A stretch of 64,000 bases of DNA from Selaginella moellendorffii (taxonomy: Eukaryota > Plantae > Lycopodiophyta). Where the stretch lies: contig NW_003314268.1 of the NCBI RefSeq assembly GCF_000143415.4, positions 2,922,559 to 2,986,558 on the forward strand, given 5' to 3'. Positions 24,883 through 39,270 of the stretch are shown one piece after another (position 1 is the first letter of the stretch; each line of letters starts with the position of its first letter). The position numbers and the translations under genes are program-made. The notes below the pieces were generated by a model. The model ran no database searches. It was not told the DNA's origin and saw only the letters and a program-made list of their open reading frames with translations.

Positions 24883-25974
24883 TCACATTGATTGACGAAT
24901 CCAACCAAGTGTGCTGCCGAGCCTTGTTAAAGGCCAGTACCTCAAGACGGAGCGGCCCCGGATGCTCGACACAGGAAGAGGGCCCCTAGAAAGAACAGGG
25001 AACGATGATCAGCAAAACCGATAGCTAATGACGAATCATAGCTTTTACCATATGTGCGAATCATAGCTGTTGTTCCTGTTGTCTCCCATAACGAAGACGT
25101 GACCATCAGGTACAAGCTACAAGGAAATGCGAAATTCTCAGACAAAAAAAAGAGAGAAAAAATCCGAGATGCGTACCACCGAAGGCATGTCATAAATTGC
25201 GGCTTCCGAGACGAAAGGTTCTTCTTTCGTAATTCCATTGACAATGAGTTTTCCGTCGGACACCTGCAGACGTTTTAGAAACGGAGCCATTGAACTTTGC
25301 ATAGCTTACTTCAACAGTGTCGCCCGCTTTGGCAACGATTCGCTTGATGAATAAATCTCCAGCACCTTGCTGACGATATAAGAAGTTAATTTCAGTTCTC
25401 AAGCCAGGAAAGAAATCCATTCGCTCACCATCAGTGACGCAGGACCATCAAACGTGACAATATCATTGATGTCAGGAGAGTTGAATCGATATGAAAACTG
25501 GGAAAAAGAGAGCCATGCGCATGAATAAGAAAGAACTATAAAAAGAGAAAGCTTTACCTTTTCAACGAGCACAATATCTCCAGGCTGCAGCGTTGGAGAC
25601 ATAGACTCGGACGGAATGATGCTCGGGTCTGCAACGTACCACCGGAAAAATATCGAAGCGGCGAGAACCACTCCAATGATCTTGACATCGTCGAGAATCG
25701 AGAGAAACAGCTCGCGCCTGTCAATCCCAGGATCCTTGTTCTCGTCCACAGCTTCGTTCTTTTTGGAGTTTCTTAGCTCTGGAGCTTCTTCTGGATCACG
25801 AACAGCTCGACAAATCCCAAAACTTCCAATCTTCAACCCCTTGCTCTTCACACCAATAGCTGTTGCTGACGGAAAAGCTGGCGAACCCACTGCCGGCATT
25901 CTATGGTGATAGTGCCTCCCTCCAAACATCAGGCCACCACCACCAACGATGAAGGAACCCATTGCACTGACCAT
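24883..25974 (-). CDS. Plastid type I signal peptidase (thylakoidal processing peptidase)
   Basis: Transit-peptide-like N-terminus, IPSESMSPTL (catalytic Ser), FIKRIVA (Lys), VFVMGDNRNNSYDSH.WGPLP; 6 exons. Confidence 0.92.
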
Positions 25975-26080
25975 GAGCACTGGTAGAACCCTAGAAAGAA
26001 CTCAAGTTTCTTCCTCAGGAAAGCATTTAAAAAAGCTTGTCAGTATCACTGTACAGAGAATTCTCAGCAAGTTCACCTAG

Positions 26081-28592
26081 CTAGTAGCCATATTTCTCGT
26101 TCAGCAATGTTCTACCATCGCCCGTTTGTCCTGGATAGAAAACAAGAGAAACGAACAAGTCTTGAGAGAAATCATACAAACAAAGCCAGAACTTACCGAC
26201 AGGAGGGACCCACGACTCAAATTCCGTCTCTTCATCGGCCATGAACTTTGGACGCTCAGGACCCAGCGTCCGCTTCTCCTTGGCTTTCTTCTTTTTACTC
26301 TTCGTCTTTGTTGGAGGAGCTTCCGCAGCTGTTTCCTCCTCGCGCTCGGTCGCTTCGGGGCTGCTCGTCAATCCCTTCTTGTGTCTTAGCAGCAGCGCGA
26401 TGTCGTTGGCCACAGCGTCCTCCGAGACTTTCTCAGCATCTTCACGCCCGCCTGACAGCAATGATGTTGGATTATGCCGTTGCAAACTCTCCTTCCACTC
26501 TTTGTAAGGCACAAACTTGTCCTCCGCAGCAGCGTCCTCTTCGGCAGCTTCCGCGCGTTCAGATGCGGGCTCTTCGGCTGGCTCCTGAGGCCGGGGAGCG
26601 CCGATCCAAATAACGCTGTCGGAGATTACGCCAGCTTCTTGGTCGGGTTTGTTAGCGCCCAAAGTAGTGCCGCTCTTTTCAGGTGGCACTTCAGAAGGCT
26701 GGGAGCTTTCGTCACCTTTGGTTTTCCATTTTTTGGTGATCTCCCCGGTGGGATCTGCAACTTTCAAGAGCGTAGACACTTTATCTGTTTCAGCCTGAAG
26801 CCTGTCCAGCTCCTTTCTCAACCGTGTGGCACCATCTTCAACTGCGCAAAGAAGGCCCTAGTTAAGAATCGAAGACTTCAGCATAAGACTGAAAACTCAC
26901 CTAATTCAGTAGAAACGTTACTCATATAAGCGTCCAAGGGGTCGTCAGAACCTTCCTCATGACCGGAAGGCATAGGTTTCTTTCCTTCTCCAATGAGTTT
27001 TAAGCGCACTTCCTCCATCTCTTTCGCTAGCTGATCAAGCTTTTCCAGAAGAGAGGCTGCGCTCTGAGCCTCCGTGTCCTTCTTATGTTTCTTTTTCGTC
27101 CGGTCATAAAAGTCGTCGTCGCTGGCAGAAGACGGACGAATAAGTAACGAGGAGAACACTGACCAAGGCTTACCTTAAATCATCTTCTTCCTCCCCCTCA
27201 AAGTTTTTAGTTTTCCGTTTGGCGCCTGTTATTCCGAAGACACTCTCCTTTATGCTGTCGTTTAGAGTTTCCTCAAGATTTTCAAGCTGCTCCAGGAGCT
27301 GACCAAAATAGAAAACGATCATTACACAGAATACGTAGAAAATAAATACCTCTTCAATCCTCTTTTCATTTCGGGTTACTTGTGTTTGCTGTCCTTGAGT
27401 GAGGCCTCCCTGTGCAGCTTCTTTAGCTTGGATTGCATCAATTTCCTTTTTCAGGTTCGTAAGCTGGATTGCCGAAGAAGTGGTCATTTGGATCGTCTTG
27501 ATGAACAAGGAAACAGACCTTATCGTTGCGCTTTTGGATTTGTTCCATGGTTTTCTGCTGCTTTTCCGTCAACTGGCCCTTGTACGATTGCCATGTCAAA
27601 TCGTCTTCCTGCCAAGTATAAAAACAAAATACCAGATAAACGATCACATGACAACGCTGAAGTACTTACCACAGCTTCTTCATCAACAGCGTCTTCTCCC
27701 ATTCCCCACGATGCCCCTTGCTCGGCTGCAGCATCAGCTCGTGCTCTTAAAAGAGAGGCCTCTTCCTCCTCTTTCGACTGCTGAGCTTCAAGCTGCCTCA
27801 TTATCTGCCGGTCTTTCCGTGACAACCCTTCCTAGCAGCAAGTCACTCAGTTCGATTTTTCTCGCCACAGCTCAAAACATACCTGAGGCATAAGTTCTTC
27901 TGGGCCTTGAAAGAGGTACATTCGAGTAGAGCTACAAAAGGATAGGCACCGGTTAATCGATACTAGACTGAGAACTAGCATGAAACTTACAGACCGAAGC
28001 GAAAGATACTTCCAACGTGTACAGGAACGTGAACTTTAGCTTTTACCTGAACAAAAGAGACTCGTATCTCTCGACATCTCAAGAAATGGAAAAGAATTCC
28101 AACCTTTAGCTTGTTGACGAAAGTGCCATGAGTGCTGCTCAAATCGAAGATGAACGCATCCCCATTGCTGTTGTACTGAAGAACTGATACCAGAAAAATG
28201 AAGTAGAAGATGAGAAGAAACACAGAAAACTCACTCACCAGCATGGTGCCGAGAAATGCTGGGGTGATCCAGCGCAAAATCACAGTTCTCGTGCCTCCCA
28301 AACATGTAAGCGCCCTTCTCCGAGCTGTAAGAACATCCATGAGAATAGTTCGACACAAACAATGACGAGAAACTCACACTGGAAGCTCCTCCAGAATTGA
28401 TCCATCCTTGAGCACCTCGAGAAAGTAGGGTTTACCCGGTGCGTGGCTCCACTCGGGAATGTCGTAGGGCCGAGCTGGAGCGACGATCTTCTTTTTGTCG
28501 TCGACATCCGGCGGAGCTGGCGGGTGCATCGCAGCGATTGGAGGCGGCGGAGGACGAAACACAGCAGGCGGAGGCGGCATCATGTCGCCCAT
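26081..28592 (-). CDS. Kanadaptin (SLC4A1AP)-like FHA-domain protein
   Basis: PYDIPEWS...YFLEVLKDG, MFGR...HPSISRHHA, STHGTFVNK, DDFYDRT, DPLDAYMS, C-terminal WVPP.GQTGDGRTLLNEKYGY. Confidence 0.92.
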
Positions 28593-31500
28593 TTTCTTCA
28601 AGCCCTAGCAAAACCCCATAGGGCTATTTATCAAAGTTTTACGAATAGAGAAATGTGATGTAGATCACGTTGAATTAAAGTATGTTTCTTGCTCTACCTG
28701 ATGGGGGAACGATTAAAACGGGAGTGAAAAGCATAGTATATGGCATTATAGTCATACACTTAACACTCTCCATAAACTTAGAAGAGATGTGATCTAGATA
28801 ACATAAGTTGATATTTTGCTTGCTTATTGTTTCACAAACATTACAACAACTAAGGTAAACCAAAACAGCTGAATTTTCCAGGATCGGCCTTTGGTCAGTG
28901 ACTGCTTTAGTTACAAGGGAAATGGTTGGCATGACCTCATTGGGTATGCCTATTAGTTTTGCAGTAAATCTAATGCTGGTTTTTCAAATTCTTTATAGGT
29001 TTACGCAGATGTCGCTTAACGAACTTCAAGCTTCAGCTGGTGGTGCCGTTTTGTTTGAACCGAATGCACGACATGATTGCATTTTCTGGAGTCGATGCAT
29101 TTCAGTTTTCTTCACAGGCAAGTCGAAAGCTTCACGTAGAGGATGCAGCAGGATATCCATCTGGCCAAAGTCTCCTTGAATACCTACGCGCAGTTGACTT
29201 GACCGGTTCGAATGGTTCTATGTCCCCGCCAAATTGAGATATGAAATGTTTGATTTTCTGTCAGCTTCTAATGGCAATCCTCATCATCAGGAGTAGTCAT
29301 ACAATTACTCATTACAGTACATTACCTGCACTACGTTACCTGGACCAAACCGAACTCCATCCATGGTGACAATGACTACGGCTACCATCAGTATTGAATT
29401 GATGATGAAGTTTTGTATATATTATAAGCTTTTTGCTGCGCTTCAGTGGCAAGCCGATGATCACTTTCATTCTGAACGACACAGCACTGAGGTAGGAGTC
29501 CGTTTGGATGGAAATTTTCGTGCCTACTGCAAGCTCTGACAAACCTGGCTCTTACGAGTCCGTCCTTGTTCGCTCTCCGGTGGTAAAGATGGCCTCCATT
29601 GTCTAGTTTCGTACGCGGGAATTCCATGGCACCATGGTGCGTATGCGCGGCTGCGATGGCTGGCAGTCGTAGTGGACTGCCTCGATATCGTAAGGAAGAA
29701 AAACTCTTCCTGGTCTCTTTTTCAGTGTAAAAGAAGAAGGGAGAAGAAGGAAAGAGCTCTCTTCCTTTGGTTCTTTCCCTTTCGACTTGTTTTGCTCGAT
29801 CATGGGTCGCTGTTCAATCGTAGGGTAACTAGCATTGCCAATCTCCATCCCATCTATAGCACCAAGAATCCTCCAGCTCCTTGTCGAATGGTTTCTCTGT
29901 AGCCGCAATGACATTGCTCCCGGTATGCGGCCTGTCAAAATTCCTTTTTTTTTGTTTGCTTAAGCAATGTTTATAATCCTATATTTTGGTTTGCTTAAGC
30001 AAAACTGTAGAAGATAGTAATGAATATACCTAGAATATATCTGGATATTTTAGGATATTCTACCATTTAACAGTTGTTAGATTAATCTTGTATTTATAAT
30101 TTATAAACTTTTAAAACCCTTTCTAGTATATTCTTTTTTATTCTATCATCTTATGCAATAAGATTAATCTTGTGTTATAAATTACAAACATGCTTATAAT
30201 CATAAACTTTATTTGATCAATTGGATTAATAAGTAATATTTAAACTACTATTAAGAAAACTAAGCATTGGAACATGCAACGCATAGCAATTTATTAAATT
30301 ATAAACATGTGTGTAAGAAAAGTAAAAATAATCAAAATAAATAAAACTAAGCAGCAGATTATCTTTTTCTTGGCAAATGCGGCTAAGGGTTTCTTTCCTT
30401 AAGTCATGATTCATTCTGGAAGGTGATGAATCAAGCTTGGCACGCAGTAGTGGAAGTGTCCTCATTCAATGGAGTTAGAGAGCATTGCTTAGGTCTGCTC
30501 CGCTTGCAAGACTTGCAGTTTTAGGAGCTCCGGAACCACTGAAGATTTTCTTTTCTCTTCGTCATTCTCAAGTAGATCTCATCTCCAACTACAACCAAGA
30601 GATTTCGAGTCAAGCTCTTACTGAGATCCAATGAGATATCGCCAGGGAAGGCTTTCTTCACTTGGAAGACTATCAACTTTTTTCCTTTATTTCTTTCCAC
30701 AGGTTTCAAAACTAGAGCCTTAAGAGCTCGCTGGACTTGTAAACAAGCGAATCAAGAGATGGGAGATGCACCTTTGTAATTTTTAATTTTTTCTCTTTGA
30801 TTTGTCTCAACAATCATGCTTATTTTCTTATTTTCTTGATTTAACAATATACACTGGTTATGAACAAGCAGAATAAGCAAATTAAAAAAAGTTAATTTGT
30901 TTGTGCCCATTAACCGACATAGGCAAACTTTATTGTTAATGTTTTTAAAACACTTCCAACTGCAAAAGCATCTTCTCCTCATCTTTCAATCACTGGAGCT
31001 GCAAGTTTTCCAGTTCTTCTGGATAGTTTGGAACTCTCTGCAGTGGTCACTGCCCAACGAGGATTTCATCAAGATGTTACAAGTTGTTACTATGGCACTG
31101 TCGCTCCATGCAGAAGGGAGACTCAGCCTCAAGCATCAAGCTAATATCACGGAAATCTTCTCAAACATCCCAAGTCGCTTGGGTGGCTTCTATAGCGTAA
31201 GTAGAGCCTCATCCCTCATCGGTTTAATCACTCTCTCAGAACAAATGTGAGTTAATGCAATGACTATTCTATTGCAACTAGATATGTTCTTGCAACCCCT
31301 TCTCAGCATATGCAAGGCCCGATGTTGTAACGTTTTCGCATTGCAGAGGAATTACTTCCACTTGATTGGATAAACTCTATGTTCTTCAAATACCAATGGA
31401 ATTTATTCTACTTTATAACCCTCAAAACATGCAATGTTTTGCTCTTATACACATAGTGGGGTAAATCACAAATTTTTACTTCAAATCCACTCTCATTTGA

Positions 31501-31879
31501 CAGTCACTTTGACTCCCCACTTGATTCTTGTGACACTGCCACAAAAATGCAAACTGCTACACCTTTCATGAATCTCATTCCAGCCTGAGTATAGAATGTA
31601 ATAAATTAATGTAACCTAGCACTTTGATGCTCCCAATGGCATACATATTAATTCATGCTTCTTAAGTCTAATAATAATAAGGTTTAGAAATATGTGACCT
31701 GTTCTTGTTCTTGGGAGTCATAAGAAAATTACACGGCTTGTGTGTAACAGAAACATTTTTAGAGTCAACACTGTAACAAATACTTCACACAACAGCTCTC
31801 CCTCTCAAATGGGCTCTCCTTGCCAAATTCACCTCCAATCACAATGTGTTTTGGAATCCCTGGCATGTTCTCTTGCAGC

Positions 31880-34426
31880 TCTGCCACATCATCTGTCCAA
31901 TGAATGTACCTCTTCCTCACCAAGCACCCAATCAAGGAGGGTGCTCTTGCACCCGTACTTCCTTTCCATGTGCATGAAAATAACTTTTACCTCACCATCC
32001 CTTTTGAATATCCTCCTCTCAAGCTTCATGATTGTATCCGTGTACGAGTTCTTTGTCAGTTTATAGATTAAAGACCCTGGATGACGAGCCACAAGATCGA
32101 AAAACTCTTGCTTCGAACATGGTGCTTTTTCTGGTTGAACAATGTCCCACTGTATACTGTCTGCAGGATCACGAATTTGGTAAGCCAAGTACAGGCCAAC
32201 CCCAAAATCGAACATACTCGGTGGTTGAGGCAACTGGAGCTGCATGTGATGGAGGTCATCACTCAACCATGTGTGGCGTGGTACGATATCACCTAGCGTG
32301 AATGGTGCACCTGCAAAATACAAGGATGAGGTGCGAAATGGAAAGTATTCTCACCGTTATTCAATAGCGTTTTCAGCTGAATCATAAACGCAAATCCAAG
32401 CACGTCCGCATCCTCCTTGTCGGTCCAGCTTGATGAAGTCAAGGGCGGCCATAGAGCCCTTAATTCGCTGCCAGACAAGTGTGTCACGCAATAAGCTACC
32501 AGGGGCAGGAACCTGACACAGAGCTGCAGCAAATTTGGCGTCACAGCTCTTGTGTGCTTTTCTTAGTGGACGATCTCACTCTACTTGAATCAAACCGACT
32601 ATGCCCTGTCCTTCAAGATCACCCCAAGTGTCATCACTGCCGTCCCACACTTTCTCCCCTCGTGTCACAGGAACTCCTAGTTCAGAAGTGTAGATGGCTG
32701 GAGTATCTAGCGCGTTTTGCCTTTGCTGTAGTCAGTTCTCGACTGCTAAACAGGGTCCATGCGTTGTCAAGCATGCTCCTTACTTTCCTTTTATCCAATC
32801 CCTCCTGCATGTTCAGTTCACGCAGACTAATAGGACGTGGGAGCTCTGTCATCAGAGAGTTGATAAGGAATGAGAGCATTCTCGGATTACCGCCCGCAAT
32901 GTGGATCACCTTCTTCCACTCATCTGTAAGCGTGACACGAGGCCCCTGGTTTTTCATCACCCTGTCAAAGAATATCTGGGCCACTTCATTCATGTCGTCA
33001 TTTGTCAAAGGTGGCAGAGGAATATAGGGCGTCTGCGCATGTCCGGTGCCTGTCCCTGCGAGTGATGCTACAGAATGCCATGTTGTCGCTGCAGTGAACA
33101 GCACAAAAGTCTCACTGCCACTGTGTTTGAACTAGGAAACATACTCCGAGAACATAACCCCCTTCTCGTCGCCTTGTTCGCCTCGTCAAAATACCACGAA
33201 AGGAACACCTTCGCCAAATCCCAACCCGCGCCTGATGAAAACTATTACATCGTCAAGAGTCAATTGTTGCTTCAGACCTGGGGCCCTGCGTTCCAAAGAT
33301 GCGAGCATATTACTATAATTTGGTGTAGAAATCGCAGTCACTGCCGCATGAAGGCAACGGCTTGTTCTCTTCCCACAGCCGGCTGCCAGACATTCCCGTC
33401 TCCAGTACGTGATACATGCAGACTTCTTTGTCCGTCTTGACTACGCTGTCCATCATGTTCTTGAAATCTTCAACTTGAGGATCAACAACCTCCCATAGTT
33501 TCAAGTTGAACCTGGCATCGTCCTTTACCTCTAACCATTTCTCCAGTAGCAGTGCTGAGAGGCAGCTTACCACGGTTGTCTTTCCTACACCAGGATATCC
33601 CACTAGCATCGTGATGAAATCTTTCCGCAGTAAACTGTCAACACTTTCCTTGCTCATGAAAGTCGAGAAGATCCGCGCAGCTGACAGGATCTGATGCTCG
33701 AGGGTCTCATCGCGGCCCTTCAACGTGAAGTAATGGCCTATATTTCCTAGCATCGAAGGTAAATCATCCTGCTCACCACGCCTTGCTGGCATGCCCAATC
33801 GCTTCCTTGACGCCTTCAGATCGCCAAGGAAAAGCTCGTTCAGACAAGAGATTCTTGCACCTGGAAATGACGTCAGGGCTCAAAATCAAAGGCAACAAGC
33901 CACTTACTCGGTGCGAACGACTCGGTGACGGAACCTGAGCCACACAATGAATAGGTGAAATAGCCCACACAAAACAAAACGGAAATCACATAGCTTAGAA
34001 TGGCTAAACGCAAAAACGCATAAGAGAATCAAACAACGTGAGACAGCAGCAACAAAGACACAGATTAGCCCGAACTAACTCAGATTCACGGACACAATAA
34101 CATTGAACAAAAACCAGGAGATAGCTATTACTCAAGCAAGCTAGACACCACAAGATCAATCAGCGCCACTTCAACCAACAAAAATGGGTACCCGGCACAG
34201 CCTGAAGTGTTGTTCGAGAAGGCACTGCAACAAAATCAAATAAGTTAGGACAAAACAAGCCTTTTAAACAGATAAACACAGAGAACAGACCTATTGGCAT
34301 CCCCGTCGGCGTCTACAACACCCATTCCCATAGGGCTGTAGATAATTCAGCATCCTCGCCCTTGGCTTCGGAGGATGTTTGAACCTCTCCTGGCCCAGAT
34401 CAGTAGACCACGGTAACGCAGATCAT
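31880..34426 (-). pseudogene. Disrupted P-loop NTPase gene, Crinkler-like NTPase + putative REase architecture
   Basis: Walker A GYPGVGKT, Walker B FDEAN (frameshifted), IPLPPL, GGNPRML, distal NSYTD...FMHMERK; several frameshifts and stops; ends approximate. Confidence 0.6.
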
Positions 34427-34839
34427 GCTTCCTTCAAAGCACACTTTAGAAGGAAGAGGGGAAGCTTTAAAGAAAGACAATTTTCCATTTTGTTTCATAT
34501 TTCTTTTCCATCCTGAAAAATTTGCTGCGCTTGGTTAAATATAAATTAGGCCTAAGTTTTTGTGGCTTTCTTCATAGCTACTTGAACAGCGAAAACATGA
34601 TGAAGATGCCACTAGAAAATGGTGACCTTTGCATTCTGCTAGCTACAGACACCAGGCCACATTTTACATGCGGACCAGCTGACTGCCATTGCTCTCTTTA
34701 GCACCTTTTCATTCAGTGGACATCAAAGCTAAGATGGGAAAACAAGAATTGAGATATATACATAAGTTTCCTTTGATTGTCCCTCAATCACATACTGTGA
34801 TTTGCTGCTATTGTTTAAACACTCCGATCTATCGCTACT

Positions 34840-36060
34840 CCCTTTGTGAAACTAGTCTGAGCTGTTGTTGGCAGACTTCAAAAGTCGTTTTCATGAGCAG
34901 ATCTGGGGTCATGTTTGTTGTGGAAATGTACACCTCCTCTTTCAATCTGCTCTTTGATGAAATAGTGAACACTTCGAAGTGTTTGTTCCTCTAGTGGTGT
35001 ATTGGATTCAGAGCAGATTGTAGGCACGCCATATTGTCATTGTAGACATTCAATGGTGCTTGTGGTCCAAAACTAATAACATCAGATCCATAGAGCCTCT
35101 TTGACTACTATGTACTCAGCTTCACAAGTTGATAATGCAACCATTCTCTGTTTTTGGCTGTGCCAGAAACAACTGCATAACATTCACCATCCAATATGGT
35201 ACCAACACCCCTGAACAAATATTTCCTTTGGCCACCTGCTTGAACACAAGCTGTAAGGATGCAGTTTGGCATATGTAGTTTATGATTCACTCCACTGCAT
35301 ACTAGTGCCATGGTTCTACATGAATTGACATGTACCAATGCCCCAACCAGGTTTTGATAAGGAAGCTTGGCCATTTCCCTTTTGTCCTGCCTGGAAAGCT
35401 TGTGCACAAAAGGATCGGACCGTGAAAAAACAGCTGTACTCTTTGAAAAGATTTGAAATATGCTGATGAATCTTACGGATATGCCTTTCCCTATCACAAC
35501 AAATTTGTAAGCCCAGATAAGACATCGAAAATTGAGTGTCTTTCCAGCCATGAGATTACTAGAATTATTATTCCTAGATTCGCCTACTATCATCGGTTAT
35601 GCCGCAAAATGCTGTCCACCAACCAGATGTTCGGGAGGAACCTAGAAAAAACCTGATACCAAGAAAATAATGCTTGAGTATTGATAAACTTTTGAGTTTG
35701 AACATCAGAGACAACAAAAACGCACACTCTAACACTCTGGTTTTCATATATTTGCTGCAGGCCGGGCTCTCCTGCGATTCGACTGGGTGAGCTTTCCATT
35801 ATATGTTTCAAGAGCCAATTTATTTCGTTTTTTTTTTTGTTTTGTTTATATTTTGCATTTCCAAGCATGAGACACCAAGGTTCAGGAAAACCTTAAAATG
35901 CCACTCGCTAGTTACTGCCAGACACTAACACACACATTGTTTCAACAGGAGCTGTGCTCGAGCAAAAGCACTCAACTACATATGGTCTTCATATGTGAAG
36001 ATTGTTCCTGATTAACAATGGATCTATTCACTTCTGCACGGTCAAGTCAGGTCTTTCATG
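34840..36060 (-). mobile_element. Highly collapsed Ty1/Copia pol relic (RT/RNase H)
   Basis: LPYQNLVGAL, CEAEY, KEALWI, VYNDN.AC, NPIHH.RNKHF, HYFIKE motifs. Confidence 0.75.
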
Positions 36061-36192
36061 CATCCAAGAAGACGAAACATGGTGAGAATATAGTCTTCTC
36101 TCTTATTCTTTTCCATGTTTAATCCTTTTTCTCAAAATTGGAGAATATACCTATTACTAGGGGTCTTGCTAGGGTTTTGGGATATCTGAGCA

Positions 36193-39100
36193 ATGGGGAA
36201 GAAAGCGCCTAAGAGCGTCAAGAAATTCACGAAGAAGCATCTCAAGTCGGTGATCGCCAAGCGCCGGAAGCTCAAGCCCATGCGAAATGCGCTCCGCCAC
36301 AAAGAAGCGGCACTGGGTATGGAAGAAAAATCGCGGTTTTGCAGTGAGTGCATCTAATCCTTGTTGCAGAAGAGAAGCGTCGCAAGGCGGCCCTCGCGGA
36401 AAATGCTGCCGATGCGTCGACGAAGAAGAAGAAGTACGTCTCAATTGCGGAAGACAAATTGATAAATTGACAAATTTCCGTTTTCTTGTAGGAAAATGGA
36501 GGAGATGAATGTGGATGAGCTCATGGATGGAGATTTCCTTGACGATGGCGATGATGATGTTGAAAATGGAGTCGGTTCTGACGACGCGAGTGATCCCGAC
36601 GCTCCTCTTCCAGAGGTGAGCCGTAAGACCACGAACTAAAACAGCATTAAAATGGTGTCATCCGATCAGGTCGATGGAGATGAAGAAGACTTTATTGACA
36701 TCACTCCACCTGATGTGGAAGACGATTCCGACAGCGGTATTCTTTTTGTTTGTCTAAGATTTATCTAGCTAACTTTGGTCTTCCAGATGATGGGGATAAC
36801 GCGGAAGTTAAAAACGAGAACAAAAAGTTCAAATCCGAGATTGAGAAGCACAAAATGGATCTCGAGAAACTCAAGGAGAAGGTAGCTCAGAACTAGTCTG
36901 ACGCTTTAACGATTGTATTGTAATCTGCTATGCAGGATCCAGAGTTTTATAAGTTCCTTGAGGAACATGATCAAGAACTTCTTGGGTTCAAAGAAGACGA
37001 AGAAGAGGTACGGCTTGCCTGGTTTCTTTTGATTTGTTATCCGAGTTATTCTTTATAGGAACAAGACGATACTGAGAAGCCAACGTCTCGTGACAAGGAA
37101 GAAGACTCCCTGACGATTGCTCACGTAGAAAGTTGGATCATAGCTGTCAAGGAAAAGGAGAACTATGCCGCGCTGCGGAAGCTACTTGGTGCTTTTCGCA
37201 GCGCATGTCACTATGGGGAGGGGGAGGAGGAGGAGCTCTCGGAGCGATTTATCATCAATAGCAGCAACGTTTTCAACAAGGTCATGGTCTTTATTCTCTC
37301 TGAGCTCGACGGGATCTTCAAGAAAATGCTGCATATTCATCAAGAGAAAAAGGTGGCTACGGAAGATCTCAAGAAAATTGGCCGCTGGAAGAAGCTGTTC
37401 CCGTTTGTCAAGTCGTACCTCGCCAGCGCGCTACATGTGTTAAACCAGATGACGGACAACCGGATGATCTCGTTTACCTTGAGACGTTTGAGGCCGTCGA
37501 TCGTTTTTCTTGGTGAGTTTCCAGCTCTGGGAAGGAAGTTTCTGAAGGTATGCAGATACTTTTCTAGATGTTCTTCAACTCTCAGCCATTTCCTTGTCTA
37601 GGCTGCGTTTCATTTCTGGAGCACCGGCGAACAATCCTTGTCTTTCGTAGCTTTCTCGTGCATCCGCGACATGGCCATGCAACTTGGCACGGATTGCCTC
37701 GAGTCCTGCTCAAAGACCATCTACAAGCAGTTCGTTTCTAGCGCAAAGTTTGTAAGCGCGACAACACTTCCTCGGATACAATTCCTGGCAAATTGTGTAG
37801 TGGAGCTCTATGGCATCGACATTGCTGTCTCGTACCAATGCGCCTTCACTTTTATCAAGCAGCTGGCTATTATACTCCGAAACGCACTCACTGTAAAATC
37901 CAAGGTAAGTGTTTTCTCTGCTTTGTCTTCAAGACAGTGACGCTGATAGAATATTTACTTTCCAGGATTCCTTCAAGAAAGTTTACTGCTGGCAGTACAT
38001 GGCTTCGCTGGAACTGTGGGTGAAAGTAGTGAGCGCCTACACTGGCAAGGATAATCTTCAGCCTCTAGCGTATCCACTGGCTCAAATTCTCGGGGGCGTC
38101 TCTCGTCTCGTTCCTACTGCTCGCTACTTTCCTCTGCGAATGCAGTGCGCGGTGATGCTTAACAGATTGGCAGCGGCCACGAATACGTTCATCCCAGTTG
38201 CTCCCGTACTGCTGGATATGCTCGATTTTAAAGAGATGAAAAAGCCGCCAACTGGAGGAGCTGGGGACAGCGTAGATTTTCATGTCGTGATCAAGGTAAA
38301 CGCGTGTTTTTAAGTTTCTTCACGTAACTCATGCTGGTGATTTGTAGGTGGGTAAACCAGTGGTGAAGACGAGGGCCTTTCAGGAAGAATGCGTGAACAC
38401 GGTGCTCGAGCAGCTTGCTGAGCATTTGACGCAGTGGTGTTACTCCGTGGCGTTTCCTGAGCTGGCTCTGATTCCCCTCGCTCAACTCCGTCGATTCGTG
38501 AAAGAAACGAATGTCGACCGTTTTAGAAGGCTAGCGAGGCAGCTCGTTGAACAGGCAAGACAACTTTCACGGTTATAATTTTTCCAGCACTGAACTTTGT
38601 TATTTCAGATTGAACGAAATGTAGAGTTTGTGACAAAGAAGCGGGAAGGGGTCTCGTTCTCTCCAAAAGATAGCGAAGCTGTTGCATCCTTTCTAAAGGT
38701 ACGTGCATGCGCTTGGTGGTGTTCTTTTCTCTCTCAAGCCTTTTCACAAACAGGCTGAGAGGGAGGCTGGAACAAGTCCATTGTTTCAATATTGCAACGT
38801 TCTACGAGAACGAGCGAAAGAACGGCGGCAAGCTCTTGTAGAAACAAGGTTGTTTTCTCGTTTCTCTAGTACCTCTTTTTATTTACTCTCTTGTTGCAGT
38901 GTGGAGGTAAAGCAAAAGCCGGACGAGGACGAGCTCGCTCGAGACGATGGCAAGGCCAAGGAGTTGTTTAACAAGAAATGGCATCAACAAAAGAAGAGAG
39001 CAGGGTCTGAATCTCAACTTCTTCTCCAGGTTTTGTTTGATCGGGTATAATTGCAGGACTGAGATTCTTACGAAGAAGCAACAAAAAGAGGAGGAGAAAG

Positions 39101-39270
39101 AGAAAGGCGATCAAGCGGGGGTCGAGGAGGACAGGGTCGAAGATCTTCTTCTCTCGGATGACGATGAGCAAGACGATGAAGGCGTGCGTTCTAACGATGA
39201 TGAAGCAGCACAAAAGCCAGCAAACAAGAAAAGAAAGAGATCTTCTAAACAGAAGCAAAGAACCAAATAA
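36193..39270 (+). CDS. NOC2: Nucleolar complex protein 2 homolog
   Basis: DPEFYKFLEEHDQELL, VYCWQYMASLELW, LQPLAYPLAQI, VPTARYFPLR, SVAFPELA; many short introns including a GC donor near 38555. Confidence 0.93.

Noticed and set aside
28900-31300. Short ORFs between kanadaptin and the NTPase relic
   Set aside because: No coherent exon chain or motif could be supported by eye.
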